From: Gemmatimonadota bacterium
GTDB lineage: Bacteria; Gemmatimonadota; Gemmatimonadetes; Palauibacterales; Palauibacteraceae
Direction of reading: 5' to 3'
Length of the DNA stretch: 64,000 nt
NCBI GenBank assembly: GCA_963666735.1
Contig: OY762926.1
Location: 2,336,001-2,400,000, forward strand
The notes beneath the pieces are model-generated. The model saw only the letters and a list, made by a program, of their open reading frames with translations, was not told where the DNA came from and did not search any database. Below, piece after piece: positions 18,218 to 28,309 of the stretch. A program made the position numbers and the translations under genes. Every line of letters begins with the position of its first letter. Position 1 is the stretch's first letter.

Positions 18218-19540
18218 GTGACGACTCGCACGCCCACCGACGTGACCCGCCTGCCCGACCGTCGCCGATTCCTCAAGCGTGCCGCCGCGGGAGCCGCCCT
18301 CGCGGCCACGCCGGCGTGGACCTTCGCCCGCCCAAAGCCCGACCTCGGCCTCGAGGATCTGTCGGCGCGGCGAGACCTCGCGGGGACCGGGGACGAGTCC
18401 TTCTGGGAGATGGTGAAGGGCCAGTTCCCGCTTCGCCCCGGCCTCATCCTCGTGAACGCGGCGAACCTCTGTCCCTCCCCCTGGCCGGTGCAGGAGACGG
18501 TGTTCGGGTACACGCGGGACATCGACCGGGACGCCTCGTTCCACAACCGGGCCAAGTTCAACGCGCTCGCCGCGAAGTCGGTCGAGTCACTGGCCGAACT
18601 GCTCGGCGCCTCGCCCGAGGAGATCGTGGTCACGCGCAACACGTCCGAGAGCAACAACGCGGTGATCAACGGACTTGTCCTGGGCGCCGGAGACGAGGTC
18701 GTGCTCTGGGACCAGAACCACCCCACGAACAACGTGGCCTGGGACGTCCGGGCCGACCGCTTCGGCTACAGGGTGATCCGCGTGGCGACGCCCCCGGCGC
18801 CGGAGACCGAGGATGAGTTGATCGACGCCTTCGTGAGCGCCTTCACGGACCGCACCCGGGTGCTGGCGGTGACCCAGATCTCGAACATCTCGGGCGTCGA
18901 ACTCCCGGCGCGCCGCCTGTGCGAGATCGCGCGTGAGCGCGGCATCTACGTCCACATGGACGGGGCCCAGAGCTTCGGCGCGGTGGCGGTCGACCTGCGC
19001 GGCATGGGGTGCGACTCGTACACGGGCAGCGCCCACAAGTGGTTCTGCGGGCCGAAGGAAGCCGGTGTCCTCTACGTGCGGGCGGACCGGGTCGCCGAAT
19101 TGTGGCCCAGCGTCGTGGGTGTGGGCTGGGACGGTGCGATTGCCGGAGGCGGAGCCGACAAGTTCGGCACTTTCGGGCAGCGCGATGACGCGGCGGTGGC
19201 GGGCGTGGGGAAGACGGTCGACTTCCACCAGGCGATCGGGGCGGCGGCGATCGAGGAACGCATGCGGGCACTGGCGGCCAGACTGAAGGCGGCGATCCGC
19301 GAGCGGATTCCCGGCGTGACGTTCCACACCTCCGACGTGCCGGGACTCGGTGGCGGAGTCGTCATTGCCGAGTTGGGGGTCGACGATCACACGGAGATCT
19401 ACAACCGGATCTACGAGGAACACGGCGTCGCGGGAGCGCTCCGCCGGGGCGTGTTCCCGGGCATTCGCCTCTGCCCGCACATGTACAACACGATGGCGGA
19501 GATGGAACAGGTCGCCGATGCGCTCGCCCGATCCGTCTGA
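18218..19540 (+). CDS. Tat-exported class-V PLP enzyme (isopenicillin-N-epimerase/cysteine desulfurase-like)
   Basis: DRRRFLK Tat motif; DGAQSFG and SAHKW PLP-lysine motif; start GTG 18218 after GGAGG. Confidence 0.85.
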   Translation: MTTRTPTDVTRLPDRRRFLKRAAAGAALAATPAWTFARPKPDLGLEDLSARRDLAGTGDESFWEMVKGQFPLRPGLILVNAANLCPSPWPVQETVFGYTRDIDRDASFHNRAKFNALAAKSVESLAELLGASPEEIVVTRNTSESNNAVINGLVLGAGDEVVLWDQNHPTNNVAWDVRADRFGYRVIRVATPPAPETEDELIDAFVSAFTDRTRVLAVTQISNISGVELPARRLCEIARERGIYVHMDGAQSFGAVAVDLRGMGCDSYTGSAHKWFCGPKEAGVLYVRADRVAELWPSVVGVGWDGAIAGGGADKFGTFGQRDDAAVAGVGKTVDFHQAIGAAAIEERMRALAARLKAAIRERIPGVTFHTSDVPGLGGGVVIAELGVDDHTEIYNRIYEEHGVAGALRRGVFPGIRLCPHMYNTMAEMEQVADALARSV

Positions 19541-19547
19541 ATCGCGG

Positions 19548-19883
19548 TTGGCCGTCGAGTCGAACCGGGACGCGGACACGTTGCCCCGTTTCCTGGCCGC
19601 GCTGCGTCCTCTCCTGCGTGAGCACTCCGCGCGCTCGGCATGGGTCGTCGGATCCCACGCCCGCGGGACGGCCGGTCCCGAAAGCGACATCGACGTGATC
19701 GTGGTCGCGCCGACCCGCCGCCCCTCTGTGGAACGTTTCCGGGACTACCTGCCCGCAATCATCGCCGCCGGTGTCGGAGTCGATCTCGTCGTGTACACGC
19801 CGGCCGAGTTCGAGCGACTGCGGGCGGAAGGGCGCCCCTTTCTCCGGCACGCCATGCAATCGGCCATGGCCATCGAGGTCTGA
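19548..19883 (+). CDS. Minimal nucleotidyltransferase (MNT) antitoxin-like protein
   Basis: GSHARG…SDIDVIVV and VDLVVYTPAEF motifs; start uncertain (TTG 19548). Confidence 0.85.
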   Translation: MAVESNRDADTLPRFLAALRPLLREHSARSAWVVGSHARGTAGPESDIDVIVVAPTRRPSVERFRDYLPAIIAAGVGVDLVVYTPAEFERLRAEGRPFLRHAMQSAMAIEV

Positions 19884-19888
19884 CCGCC

Positions 19889-20296
19889 GTGTGGGATGGC
19901 GCCGGGGAGGCGCGCAGGTGGCTTGCTCAGGCCGAGAACGATCTCGAGTTCGCGCGCCTCGCCCTGCGCGAGAGGTTTTTCCACCAGACGTGTTTCATCG
20001 CCCAGCAGAGCGCGGAAAAGTCCGTCAAGGCGATCGGCTACGGACTCGGCGACCGGACGATCATCGGTCACTCGGTGGTCGCGCTCGCCGAGCGTTATGC
20101 GGAGAGGATCGACGGCCTTGGGCGCCTGATGGAGGACGCCGGAGTTCTGGATCAGTTTTATATCCCGGCCCGCTACCCGAACGGCCTTCCCGGCGGGGTT
20201 CCGTTCGCCGCTTTCCACGAACCGCAGGCGCGCGCCGCGATCGAGGCCGCCGAGCGCTTCCTGGCTCTGGCGCGCACGCACGTCGACGAGGATTAG
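19889..20296 (+). CDS. HEPN domain protein
   Basis: WLAQAENDL…CFIAQQSAEKSVKA…GHS…YIPARYP; adjacent to MNT. Confidence 0.87.
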   Translation: MWDGAGEARRWLAQAENDLEFARLALRERFFHQTCFIAQQSAEKSVKAIGYGLGDRTIIGHSVVALAERYAERIDGLGRLMEDAGVLDQFYIPARYPNGLPGGVPFAAFHEPQARAAIEAAERFLALARTHVDED

Positions 20297-20320
20297 CCGG
20301 CGGCCCGCACCCGGTGGCCG

Positions 20321-22033
20321 CTAGAGTTCGCCGCGGTTCTTCGCCCAGAGCGCGTAGTGGCAGGCGCGGGCGGTGAGGGCCATGTAGGTGAGTGAGGGGT
20401 TCTGGCAGGCGGATGAGGGCATGGCGGCGCCGTCGATCACGAACAGGTTCGGCGCATCCCACGCCTGGTTGAAGCCGTTGAGGACGGAGGTCGCCGGATC
20501 CCGCCCCATGCGGGCCGTTCCCATCTCGTGGATCGTGAGGCCGGGCGCCGTGAGATCCGTGAGCAACTCGACGTCCACGCCGCCGCCGGCTTCGAGCATT
20601 TCCGCGGCGCGGTCCGCGCTGTCCCGCATCATCAGGCGTTCGTTGTCGCTCCACTCGCAGTGGATGCGGAGGGCCGGGATCCCCCACGCGTCGACCCGCT
20701 CCGGATCGAGCTCGATGTAGTTCTCCTCGCGCGGCAGGCATTCCCCGAAGGCGCCGAGTTCGAACTCCCACACGCCGGGTTCCGTGAGTTGGCGCTTGTA
20801 CTCCGCCCCGAAGCCCGGCATGTCGAGGCCGCGGCTCCAGCTCTGCCGCGTCGACCAGCCCTGGTAGCCGTAACCCCGGATGAAGTCGGGCGAAGGCTCC
20901 GTCACGTTGCGGAAGCGCGGGATGTAGATCCCGTTGGGACGCTCGCCGGTGTAGCCGTGGCCCTCCCAGCCCGGGAACTTCGCCTTCGCGCCGGTGCTCA
21001 TGGTGTGATCCATGAGATAGCGGCCGAGGGCCCCGCTCGAGTTCGCGAGGCCGTCCGGGAAATCGGCGGACGTCGAGTGGAGGAGGATCCGCGTCGACTC
21101 GAGCGCCGAAGCGCCCAGCATGACGATCTCCCCGAAGAACTCCAGCTCCTCCCCTGTCTGCCGGTCGATGACCCGCACGCCCGCGACCCGCCCGCGGGCG
21201 GCGTCCCAGATCACGCTGTGCACGACGCTGTCCGGCCGCAGCGTCATCCGGCCCGTGGCCTCGGCGGCCGGGAGGGTGGCGTTGAGCGAACTGAAGTAGC
21301 TCTTCGTCCGGCAGCCGCGGTGGCAGGGACCGCAGTAGTGGCAGGCGCTCCGTCCCTTGTGGTCGCGGGTGAGGACCGCCGTGCGTCCGATCGTCATCCT
21401 CCGCGTGTCGCCGAAGTCGCGCGCGATCGCCTCCTTCACGGCGTTCTCGACGCACGTCATCTCCATGGGAGGCAGGAGGACGCCGTCCGGCAGTTGGGGG
21501 AGGCCCTCGGCGCGGCCGCTGATGCCGACGAACTCCTCGACGTGCGCGTACCACGGCGCGAGGTCCGAGTAGCGGATCGGCCAGTCGACGCCGATCCCGT
21601 CGCGCGCGTTGGCCTCGAAGTCGAGGTCGCTGAGGCGGTACGACTGACGCGCCCACATGATCGAGCGTCCGCCGACCTGGCGGCCGCGGATCCAGAGGAA
21701 CGGCTTCTCGCCGGGCGTCGTGTACGGGTTCTCGATGTCGTTGACGAAGAACTTCCGGCCCATCTCGTCGCAGGCGTAGCACTCGCGCTGGACGGGCTGC
21801 TCGGCGGCCAGCGCCTTGCGGTCGTTCCAGCCGCGGTACGGCATGCGGTACGGGGGCACGTGTTCCACATAGTCGCGTTCCGGGACGATCATCGGGCCCG
21901 CCTCGAGGACGAGCGTGCGCAAGCCCAGTTCGGTGAGTTCCTTCGCGGCCCAGCCGCCGGTGATGCCCGAGCCGACGACGATCGCGTCCCAGACCTCCTG
22001 GCGGCGACCGGGCGCCGGCGACCGGCCGCTCAC
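20321..22033 (-). CDS. GMC family flavoprotein oxidoreductase (glycoside 3-dehydrogenase/gluconate dehydrogenase large-subunit-like)
   Basis: [18 protein letters not shown] motif, [11 protein letters not shown]e-S motif, [25 protein letters not shown] overlaps upstream TGA. Confidence 0.9.
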   Translation of the reverse strand: MSGRSPAPGRRQEVWDAIVVGSGITGGWAAKELTELGLRTLVLEAGPMIVPERDYVEHVPPYRMPYRGWNDRKALAAEQPVQRECYACDEMGRKFFVNDIENPYTTPGEKPFLWIRGRQVGGRSIMWARQSYRLSDLDFEANARDGIGVDWPIRYSDLAPWYAHVEEFVGISGRAEGLPQLPDGVLLPPMEMTCVENAVKEAIARDFGDTRRMTIGRTAVLTRDHKGRSACHYCGPCHRGCRTKSYFSSLNATLPAAEATGRMTLRPDSVVHSVIWDAARGRVAGVRVIDRQTGEELEFFGEIVMLGASALESTRILLHSTSADFPDGLANSSGALGRYLMDHTMSTGAKAKFPGWEGHGYTGERPNGIYIPRFRNVTEPSPDFIRGYGYQGWSTRQSWSRGLDMPGFGAEYKRQLTEPGVWEFELGAFGECLPREENYIELDPERVDAWGIPALRIHCEWSDNERLMMRDSADRAAEMLEAGGGVDVELLTDLTAPGLTIHEMGTARMGRDPATSVLNGFNQAWDAPNLFVIDGAAMPSSACQNPSLTYMALTARACHYALWAKNRGEL

Positions 22034-22683
22034 CGCCGGCCCCCGGCACGGCTCTGCTGCCGGCTCTGCTGCTGGTTCTGTTCGCCGGGGCGGCCCTCGC
22101 CGGTGCCGTACTGGTCGAGGATCACGCACCCCTCGAAGGCGCCGGGGATGATCCGGTATCCGAGCGTCCGCAGACCGGCCTGAGACGTGAAATAGCCGGC
22201 GAGGGTGAAGCGCTTCATGTCGTAGAAGAAGGTCTCCCGCTCGTCCTCATCGGGGTCCCGGCGGAGGCGATCGAGGTCCGCGTCCATCCGCGCGACGAGT
22301 TCCGTCTGCTGGGCCGGGGTGCAGTCGGCGAAGTCGGCCCCGTGGGCCGCCCGGGCGACGGGGTCCACGGCGTCCAGGCCGGCGAGGAAACGGTCGCGGT
22401 CCGACGCGTCCAGCCAACCGGTCAGGAGAGCATCGACGAATGCGGTAACGCCCGCCTCGCTCGCGCCGGGCGTGGCCGTCCGGGGGATGATGGTCTCGGC
22501 GAGCGCCATCACCGTCCGCGCCTGCGCGGGCGTGAGCGTCGCGGGCGGCGCGCCGCCGACCGGTCCGGTGACCGCACGGATGCGCTCCCCCAGCGCCAGC
22601 GCCTGCCCCACCGCGCCCCCCGGCACGAGGAGGGGCGCGCCCGCCGCCGCGCCGATGATCTCGAGAGCCCTGCGCCGTCTCAC
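22030..22683 (-). CDS. Gluconate 2-dehydrogenase subunit 3 family (Tat small subunit)
   Basis: RRRRAL Tat motif; ETIIPRTATPGA…AGV..F; FTLAGYFTS. Confidence 0.87.
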   Translation of the reverse strand: MRRRRALEIIGAAAGAPLLVPGGAVGQALALGERIRAVTGPVGGAPPATLTPAQARTVMALAETIIPRTATPGASEAGVTAFVDALLTGWLDASDRDRFLAGLDAVDPVARAAHGADFADCTPAQQTELVARMDADLDRLRRDPDEDERETFFYDMKRFTLAGYFTSQAGLRTLGYRIIPGAFEGCVILDQYGTGEGRPGEQNQQQSRQQSRAGGRR

Positions 22684-22841
22684 AGTCGGTCCTCCTCGCC
22701 GGCATCGACGCGCGCGCGGGCGGCGGGGGCGCCGCCTCGCTCCGCCATAATAGGCCGAGGCGCCCCCGGCGCGAAGACCGCCGCCGGAGGACGGATCGAC
22801 GGCGACCGGGAGGCGCGACATATTATGGCATGGACAGACCG

Positions 22842-23702
22842 ATGAAGCGACGACGATTCGTGCGTAATTCACTCGGCGCCGGCCTCCTGATGACGAGCGC
22901 GGGTCGCGCGGCAGCGGCCGGGATCCGGACGCTGCCGGAGGCCTGGGGACTCCAGCTCTATACGGTGCGCTCGCTGATGGCCCGCGATGTCGAGCGGACG
23001 CTCGCCGCCGTCGCCCGCATCGGATACGGGGAGGTGGAGTTCGCCGGCTATTTCGGCCGCTCCCCCGCCGAGATCCGAACCACGCTGGAAGCGGAGGGCC
23101 TCACGGCCCCCGCGGTCCACCTCTCGCTCGAGGAACTCCGATCGAGCTTCGAGGAGGCTGTGGACGCGGCGGCCGAGACCGGACACCGCTACCTCGTTCT
23201 GCCCTACCTCGCGGGTCACGAGCGTCCCGGAGCCGATGGCGCAACGGGAACGGCTCTGGTCGACGGATACCGGCGGCTCGCGGACGAGCTCAACGGGTTC
23301 GGAGCGCGCTGCCGCGAGGCCGGACTCCGCTTCGCCTATCACAACCACGATTTCGAACTCGAAGAGGTGAACGGGCTCCGCCTCCTCGACGTGATGATCG
23401 AGAACACGGACCCCGAACTGGTGTGCTACGAGATCGACCTCTTCTGGCTCGTGCACGGCGGCGGTGACCCGTTCGACTACTTCAGCCGGTACCCCGGCCG
23501 GTTCGACCTCTGCCACGTGAAGGACCGCACGACGGAGGGCGAGATGGTGGACGTGGGCGCGGGCGTCATCGACTTCGAGGCGATCTTCGAGCAGTCGGCC
23601 CAGGCGGGACTCACTCACTATTTCGTCGAGCACGACACGCCCGGGGATCCCATGGCGTCGGTCCGGGTCAGCTACGAACACCTCGCTTCACTGGATGGCT
23701 AA
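22842..23702 (+). CDS. Tat-exported sugar phosphate isomerase/epimerase (xylose-isomerase-like TIM barrel)
   Basis: MKRRRFV; GLQLYTVR, YHNHDFE, EIDLFW, HVKD, FVEHD. Confidence 0.88.
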   Translation: MKRRRFVRNSLGAGLLMTSAGRAAAAGIRTLPEAWGLQLYTVRSLMARDVERTLAAVARIGYGEVEFAGYFGRSPAEIRTTLEAEGLTAPAVHLSLEELRSSFEEAVDAAAETGHRYLVLPYLAGHERPGADGATGTALVDGYRRLADELNGFGARCREAGLRFAYHNHDFELEEVNGLRLLDVMIENTDPELVCYEIDLFWLVHGGGDPFDYFSRYPGRFDLCHVKDRTTEGEMVDVGAGVIDFEAIFEQSAQAGLTHYFVEHDTPGDPMASVRVSYEHLASLDG

Positions 23703-24621
23703 GCCCCCCGCCGCCCCCCCCGGCGGGACGCCCGTCAGCCGCCGCGACGCCCTGCGCGCGACGGGCGCCGCCTCGCTCGGTTTCCTGGTCGGAGGCGCGG
23801 GAAGGCCGGCGCCGGCTCTCGGCCGGGCCCCCGGCGCGGCCGCCACCCCGGTACAGGTGGCCGGCATCACCCAGTCCGTCGCGCGCTGGTGTTTCGAGGA
23901 CATCCCGCTCGTCCCCTTCTGCCAGGGCGTGGCGGAGATGGGTCTCACGGCGATGGATCTGCTCCGGGTCGAGGAATGGCCGGTCGCGCACGACCACGGT
24001 CTCACGGTCTCGTGTGGGGACGTGTTGGCCGGGACCATCGAGGACGGCCTCAACGAGCCGAGGAACCACCGCGGGATCATCGAGGCCTTCGAGCGCCACA
24101 TCCCCCACGCGGCCCGCGTCGAAGTGCCCAACGTGATCTGCTTCTTCGGCAACCGCCGCGGGATGGAGGACGCCGTCGGGATCGAGAACTCGATCCGCTG
24201 CCTGCGGGAGTGCGCCCCGGTCGCCGAATCCGGGGGCGTGACGATCCTCGTCGAGGTCCTCAACTCGAAGCCCGGCGGACACGTCGACTACATCGGCGAC
24301 CACATGGACTACGCGCTCGAGATCATCCGCGCCGTCGACTCGCCCCGCGTGAAGATCCTCTACGACATCTACCACATGCAGATCATGGAGGGGGACATCA
24401 TCCGCACGCTCACGGATGCGAGTCCCTGGATCGGCCACTACCACACCGGCGGGGTCCCCGGACGGGCCGAGATCGACGACTCGCAGGAACTGAACTATCC
24501 CGCGATCGTGCGCGCCATCGGGGACACCGGTTTCGAGGGCTTCATGGCTCACGAGTTCATCCCGCGGAGCGGCGACCCCCTGCGCTCGCTGCGCGAAGCC
24601 GTGGAGTTGTGCGCCGTCTGA
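23695..24621 (+). CDS. Tat-exported hydroxypyruvate-isomerase-like TIM barrel protein
   Basis: SRRDAL Tat motif; EVLNSK, LYDIYHMQIMEGD, HYHTGGVPGR, HEFIP. Confidence 0.88.
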   Translation: MAKPPAAPPGGTPVSRRDALRATGAASLGFLVGGAGRPAPALGRAPGAAATPVQVAGITQSVARWCFEDIPLVPFCQGVAEMGLTAMDLLRVEEWPVAHDHGLTVSCGDVLAGTIEDGLNEPRNHRGIIEAFERHIPHAARVEVPNVICFFGNRRGMEDAVGIENSIRCLRECAPVAESGGVTILVEVLNSKPGGHVDYIGDHMDYALEIIRAVDSPRVKILYDIYHMQIMEGDIIRTLTDASPWIGHYHTGGVPGRAEIDDSQELNYPAIVRAIGDTGFEGFMAHEFIPRSGDPLRSLREAVELCAV

Positions 24622-24630
24622 CTCGAACCG

Positions 24631-25989
24631 TCAGGGACGGCGACTCCCGGCGCTCGCCGCCAGCGCCGACTGCTTCTTTCCCAGCCACAGCGAGATCATC
24701 AGCCACAGTCCGGCCAGCGGGACCATGGTCAGCACCAGCGCGGAGCTTCCCATCCCGAGCGCGCGCAATCCCGCGAAAGACCACACGCCGATCTGGTCGC
24801 CCGCGCGGTAGACGAACAGGTCGTTGAAGTTCTTGGCCTTGTACTTGTCCCGGCGCGGAAGGACGGTGTAGAGCACCTCCCTCGTCGGCACCGCGAGCGC
24901 GAAGTTCCCTGCCCTCCGCAGGATCTGGAACACCACGAACACCGCGAAGACCGGCGCCGCCCCGAGCGCCAGGAAGCCGAGGATGCTGAGCACAGGCAGT
25001 ATCCCGAGCGCCAGGCGCACGCCGAGCCACTTCAGAATGCGGCCCGTCAGAAAGAGTTGGGTCACGAGGGTGAGCAGGCTCACCGCGAGGTCGATGCGCG
25101 CGAAGACCGAGGTTCGCTCCGCTCCCGTCTCGAACGTCCGCGAGATGATGTCCGCCTGGATGTTGTAGAGGAAGGTGGAACCGATGGTGAACAGCAGCAT
25201 GAAGGCGCCGATCCCCAGCAGATAGGGGGACGCCAGAACCCGCCGTATTCCCTCCAGCGGCGAGCCCCCGATCACCTCCTTCGCATCCCTTCCACCGCCT
25301 GCACCATCCGAACCGTCGCCGGCGACGCCGCCCGCACCTTCAACCGCAGCCCCGGGGGTCGCGCAGCGCGAATCCAGCGCCTTGAGGCACAGGACCGCGC
25401 CCTCGAGCAGCAGCACCGAGAACAGAAGGAGCGTCGCGGGCGACAGAAACCCCACCAGGAAGGCCGTGATCGAGGAGCCGACGATCCCCCCAAGGGTCCC
25501 GCCGACCCCTATGAGGCCGAACACGCGCCGGCTCTGGCGTTCGCGAAAAATGTCGGTCATGAACGACCAGAAGACGGAAACGACGAACAAGTTGAAGACG
25601 CTGATCCAGACGAAGAAGGTCCGGCCGATCCAGACCGCAGCGGGGCCGTCGGTCACGACCCGCAGCAGCACGAAGTAGACGAGCAGGTTCAGCATGAAGA
25701 AGCGGTACGTGAGCGTCACGAACCGGCGGCGGGTCCACCGCGACACAACCGCGGCGAAGACCGGATGGACGAGGAGCATGGCGGTCAGCGTGCCCGTGAA
25801 GAGCCAGGGGATGTTCTCGACTCCGCCCGCCACGGCCATCTCCTCGCGGATGGGCCGGATGACGTAGTACGCGGAGAGAATGAAGAAGAAATAGAGGGCC
25901 GACAGGAGTACGAGCCGGGCCTCTTCCGGACGGGCGCCGGTCAGTCGCGCGGCAACCGTGCGCGGCTCGCTCTCCGGGGGTGGGGTCAT
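24631..25989 (-). CDS. MFS transporter, Npt/TLC (nucleotide exchange)-like
   Basis: YYVIRPIRE, FNLFVVSVFWSFMTDIF, REVLYTV…KYKAKNFND.FVYR.GD; about 12 hydrophobic segments. Confidence 0.82.
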   Translation of the reverse strand: MTPPPESEPRTVAARLTGARPEEARLVLLSALYFFFILSAYYVIRPIREEMAVAGGVENIPWLFTGTLTAMLLVHPVFAAVVSRWTRRRFVTLTYRFFMLNLLVYFVLLRVVTDGPAAVWIGRTFFVWISVFNLFVVSVFWSFMTDIFRERQSRRVFGLIGVGGTLGGIVGSSITAFLVGFLSPATLLLFSVLLLEGAVLCLKALDSRCATPGAAVEGAGGVAGDGSDGAGGGRDAKEVIGGSPLEGIRRVLASPYLLGIGAFMLLFTIGSTFLYNIQADIISRTFETGAERTSVFARIDLAVSLLTLVTQLFLTGRILKWLGVRLALGILPVLSILGFLALGAAPVFAVFVVFQILRRAGNFALAVPTREVLYTVLPRRDKYKAKNFNDLFVYRAGDQIGVWSFAGLRALGMGSSALVLTMVPLAGLWLMISLWLGKKQSALAASAGSRRP

Positions 25990-26093
25990 GCGGGGGAAGC
26001 TCCGGGGTGGCGCTCCATTGTGCCTCTGCTTGCCCGTCGGTGGAGAAAAGGATTCTCTTCAGAGGATCTCGGAACCTAACGGTGGGAGCGAAC

Positions 26094-27467
26094 GTGGCCA
26101 GCTTGCTGGAAGTTGTGTTAGGCCTCGCGAGGCGGATTCTCAACATGAGGCGGGGCGAGTTCAGGCTCGCGGTATTGTCCGCGCTCTTCTTCTTCCTCGT
26201 CCTCTGCGGCTACTTCTTCCTCCGCCCGGTGCGGGAGGCGATGGGGGTCGCCCGCGGGATGGGCGACCTGCGCTGGCTCTTCGCCGTCACATCGGTGGCG
26301 TCGCTCGGCGCCGTCCTCATCTTCGGGGGCGTCGTTGCGCGCACGAACCGACGGCGCTTCATCCCGGTGGCCTATCTCTTCGTCATTGCCTGCCTGATCG
26401 GTTTCGCGACGCTCCTCATCCTGGACGCGCGCGCGGGCGGCGGCCTCATCGGCACCGACGCGGAGACCGGCCTCTCGCGCGGCATCGGGTACACGTTCTA
26501 CGTGTGGCTGAGCGTCATCAACCTCTTCTCAACGAGCGTGTTCTGGGCCTTCATGGTCGACGTGTTCGACGTCGATCAGGGGAAGCGGATGTTCCCCTTC
26601 ATCGGGATCGGGGGCACGCTCGGGGCGCTGGCCGGGGGTGGGGGCGCAAGCCTGATCAGCGGCCTCACCGACAGCCCCTACCTGCCCGCGGGCCTCATGC
26701 TCACCGGGGCCGGCTGCTTCGGGCTCGCGATCGCCGTCATGCTGATCCTCGACGGCACGGCGGGCCGCTCGGAGCTGTCCCGGCTCGAGACGGCGGCTGC
26801 AGCGGGAGCCGAAAGCGGCGGCGGGAGCGCACCCGGCGCCAGGATCGGTGGCGCATTCTGGGACGGCGCGCGGGCCGTGGCCACATCGCCCTACCTGCTC
26901 GGCGTCGGCCTATGGGTCGTGTTCATGGCCGTGTCGAACACGCTGATCTACTTCACGCAGGCCAATGTGATCCTCGAGGCGACGGACACGTTCAGCCAGC
27001 GGGTGGGAAGCTTCGCCAACTTCGACTTCCTGGCGCAGGCCGCCACCCTGTTCACGCAGGTCTTCGTCACGACGCACGTGATCCGGAAGCTCGGCGTCGG
27101 GTGGACGCTCGCCATCCTGCCGGTCGTGACGGTGCTCGGGTTCGTCGTGCTCGCCGTGTGGCCGGTCTACGGCGTGATGATGATCTTCCAGGCCGTCCAC
27201 CGGGCGACGCGGTACGCGATTTCGCGGCCCTCGCGTGAAACGCTGTTCTCGGTCGTGCCGCCCGCCGAAAAGTACAAGGGGAAGCCGATCGTCGATGTCT
27301 TCCTGTACCGGGGCGGTGACCTCGCCGGCGCCGGAATCGACAGCATGTTCGCGCTGCTCGGCCTGACGCTGGCCTGGGTGGCGATGTCCACGGCGCCGCT
27401 GGCCGGGATGTGGATTGTACTCTCCGTCGCGCTCGGACGGGCCCAGGCGCGGCGCGTGGATTCCTGA
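26094..27467 (+). CDS. MFS transporter, Npt/TLC-like (paralog of the divergent neighbour)
   Basis: YFFLRPVRE, NLFSTSVFWAFMVDVF, RETLFSV…KYKGKPIVDVFLYRGGD; start uncertain. Confidence 0.82.
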   Translation: MASLLEVVLGLARRILNMRRGEFRLAVLSALFFFLVLCGYFFLRPVREAMGVARGMGDLRWLFAVTSVASLGAVLIFGGVVARTNRRRFIPVAYLFVIACLIGFATLLILDARAGGGLIGTDAETGLSRGIGYTFYVWLSVINLFSTSVFWAFMVDVFDVDQGKRMFPFIGIGGTLGALAGGGGASLISGLTDSPYLPAGLMLTGAGCFGLAIAVMLILDGTAGRSELSRLETAAAAGAESGGGSAPGARIGGAFWDGARAVATSPYLLGVGLWVVFMAVSNTLIYFTQANVILEATDTFSQRVGSFANFDFLAQAATLFTQVFVTTHVIRKLGVGWTLAILPVVTVLGFVVLAVWPVYGVMMIFQAVHRATRYAISRPSRETLFSVVPPAEKYKGKPIVDVFLYRGGDLAGAGIDSMFALLGLTLAWVAMSTAPLAGMWIVLSVALGRAQARRVDS

Positions 27468-27484
27468 GCCGCCCGGCGGTGCCG

Positions 27485-28309
27485 ATGCTGCCCGACGATC
27501 TCTTCGGGCCCGGGTCTCCGCTGCGGGTCATCGGCCACCGGGGGGCCGCGGCGTTCGCGCCCGAGAACACGCTCCCTTCCTTCGAGCACGCGGTGCGCGT
27601 GGGGGCCGACGCGGTGGAACTGGACCTGCACCGGAGCGCCGATGGCCACCTCATGGTCATCCACGACCCCGGCCTCGCCCGCACCACCGACGGGACGGGG
27701 CGGGTGGAGGAGATGACGCTGGACGAACTGCGCCCCTTCGACGCCGGCTACCACTTCACGACCGATAACGGGAAGACCTTCCCGTTCCGGGGAAAGCGTG
27801 TCGGCATCCCCACCCTCGAGGAGGTGCTCGAGGCGCTGGGGGATCTCCCGGTGGTGGCGGAGATCAAGTCGGCCGCCGCGGGGCACGAACTGGGGGCATG
27901 GCTGCAGAGGAGCCGGAACCGCGGAGGTCGGGGGCGGATCCTGGTGGGCGGCTTCGAGCGCAAAGAGGTCGAGCCCGCGAGCCGGCACGCCCGCTGGCGC
28001 TGCGCCTACCAGGACGAACTCCGCACCTACGTCGTCCTCGGCAAGTTCGGCCTTGGAGGCCGGGTCGCGCCGGCCGGCTGCGATGCCGCCATGCTGCCCG
28101 AACGGCAGGGCACGCTGCGCATCGTCACACCGCGGTTCGTGCGGCGCGCCCACGCCGACGGCATGGGCGTCTTCGTGTGGACCGTAAACCACCCGGACGA
28201 TATGCGGCGCCTCCTCGACTGGGGCGTCGACGGGCTCGTGAGCGACGCCCCCGGACGAGCCCGCCGGATCCTGGACGAGCGGGAAGTGGGGAGCGATGCC
28301 GCAGCCTGA
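27485..28309 (+). CDS. Glycerophosphodiester phosphodiesterase
   Basis: HRGAAAFAPENT, ELDLH, IHD, WTVN…GVDGLVSD. Confidence 0.9.
   Translation: MLPDDLFGPGSPLRVIGHRGAAAFAPENTLPSFEHAVRVGADAVELDLHRSADGHLMVIHDPGLARTTDGTGRVEEMTLDELRPFDAGYHFTTDNGKTFPFRGKRVGIPTLEEVLEALGDLPVVAEIKSAAAGHELGAWLQRSRNRGGRGRILVGGFERKEVEPASRHARWRCAYQDELRTYVVLGKFGLGGRVAPAGCDAAMLPERQGTLRIVTPRFVRRAHADGMGVFVWTVNHPDDMRRLLDWGVDGLVSDAPGRARRILDEREVGSDAAA

Noticed and set aside
28200..28296. SOS box upstream of dinB
   Set aside because: dinB overlaps the upstream gene and no recognisable LexA-type palindrome was seen
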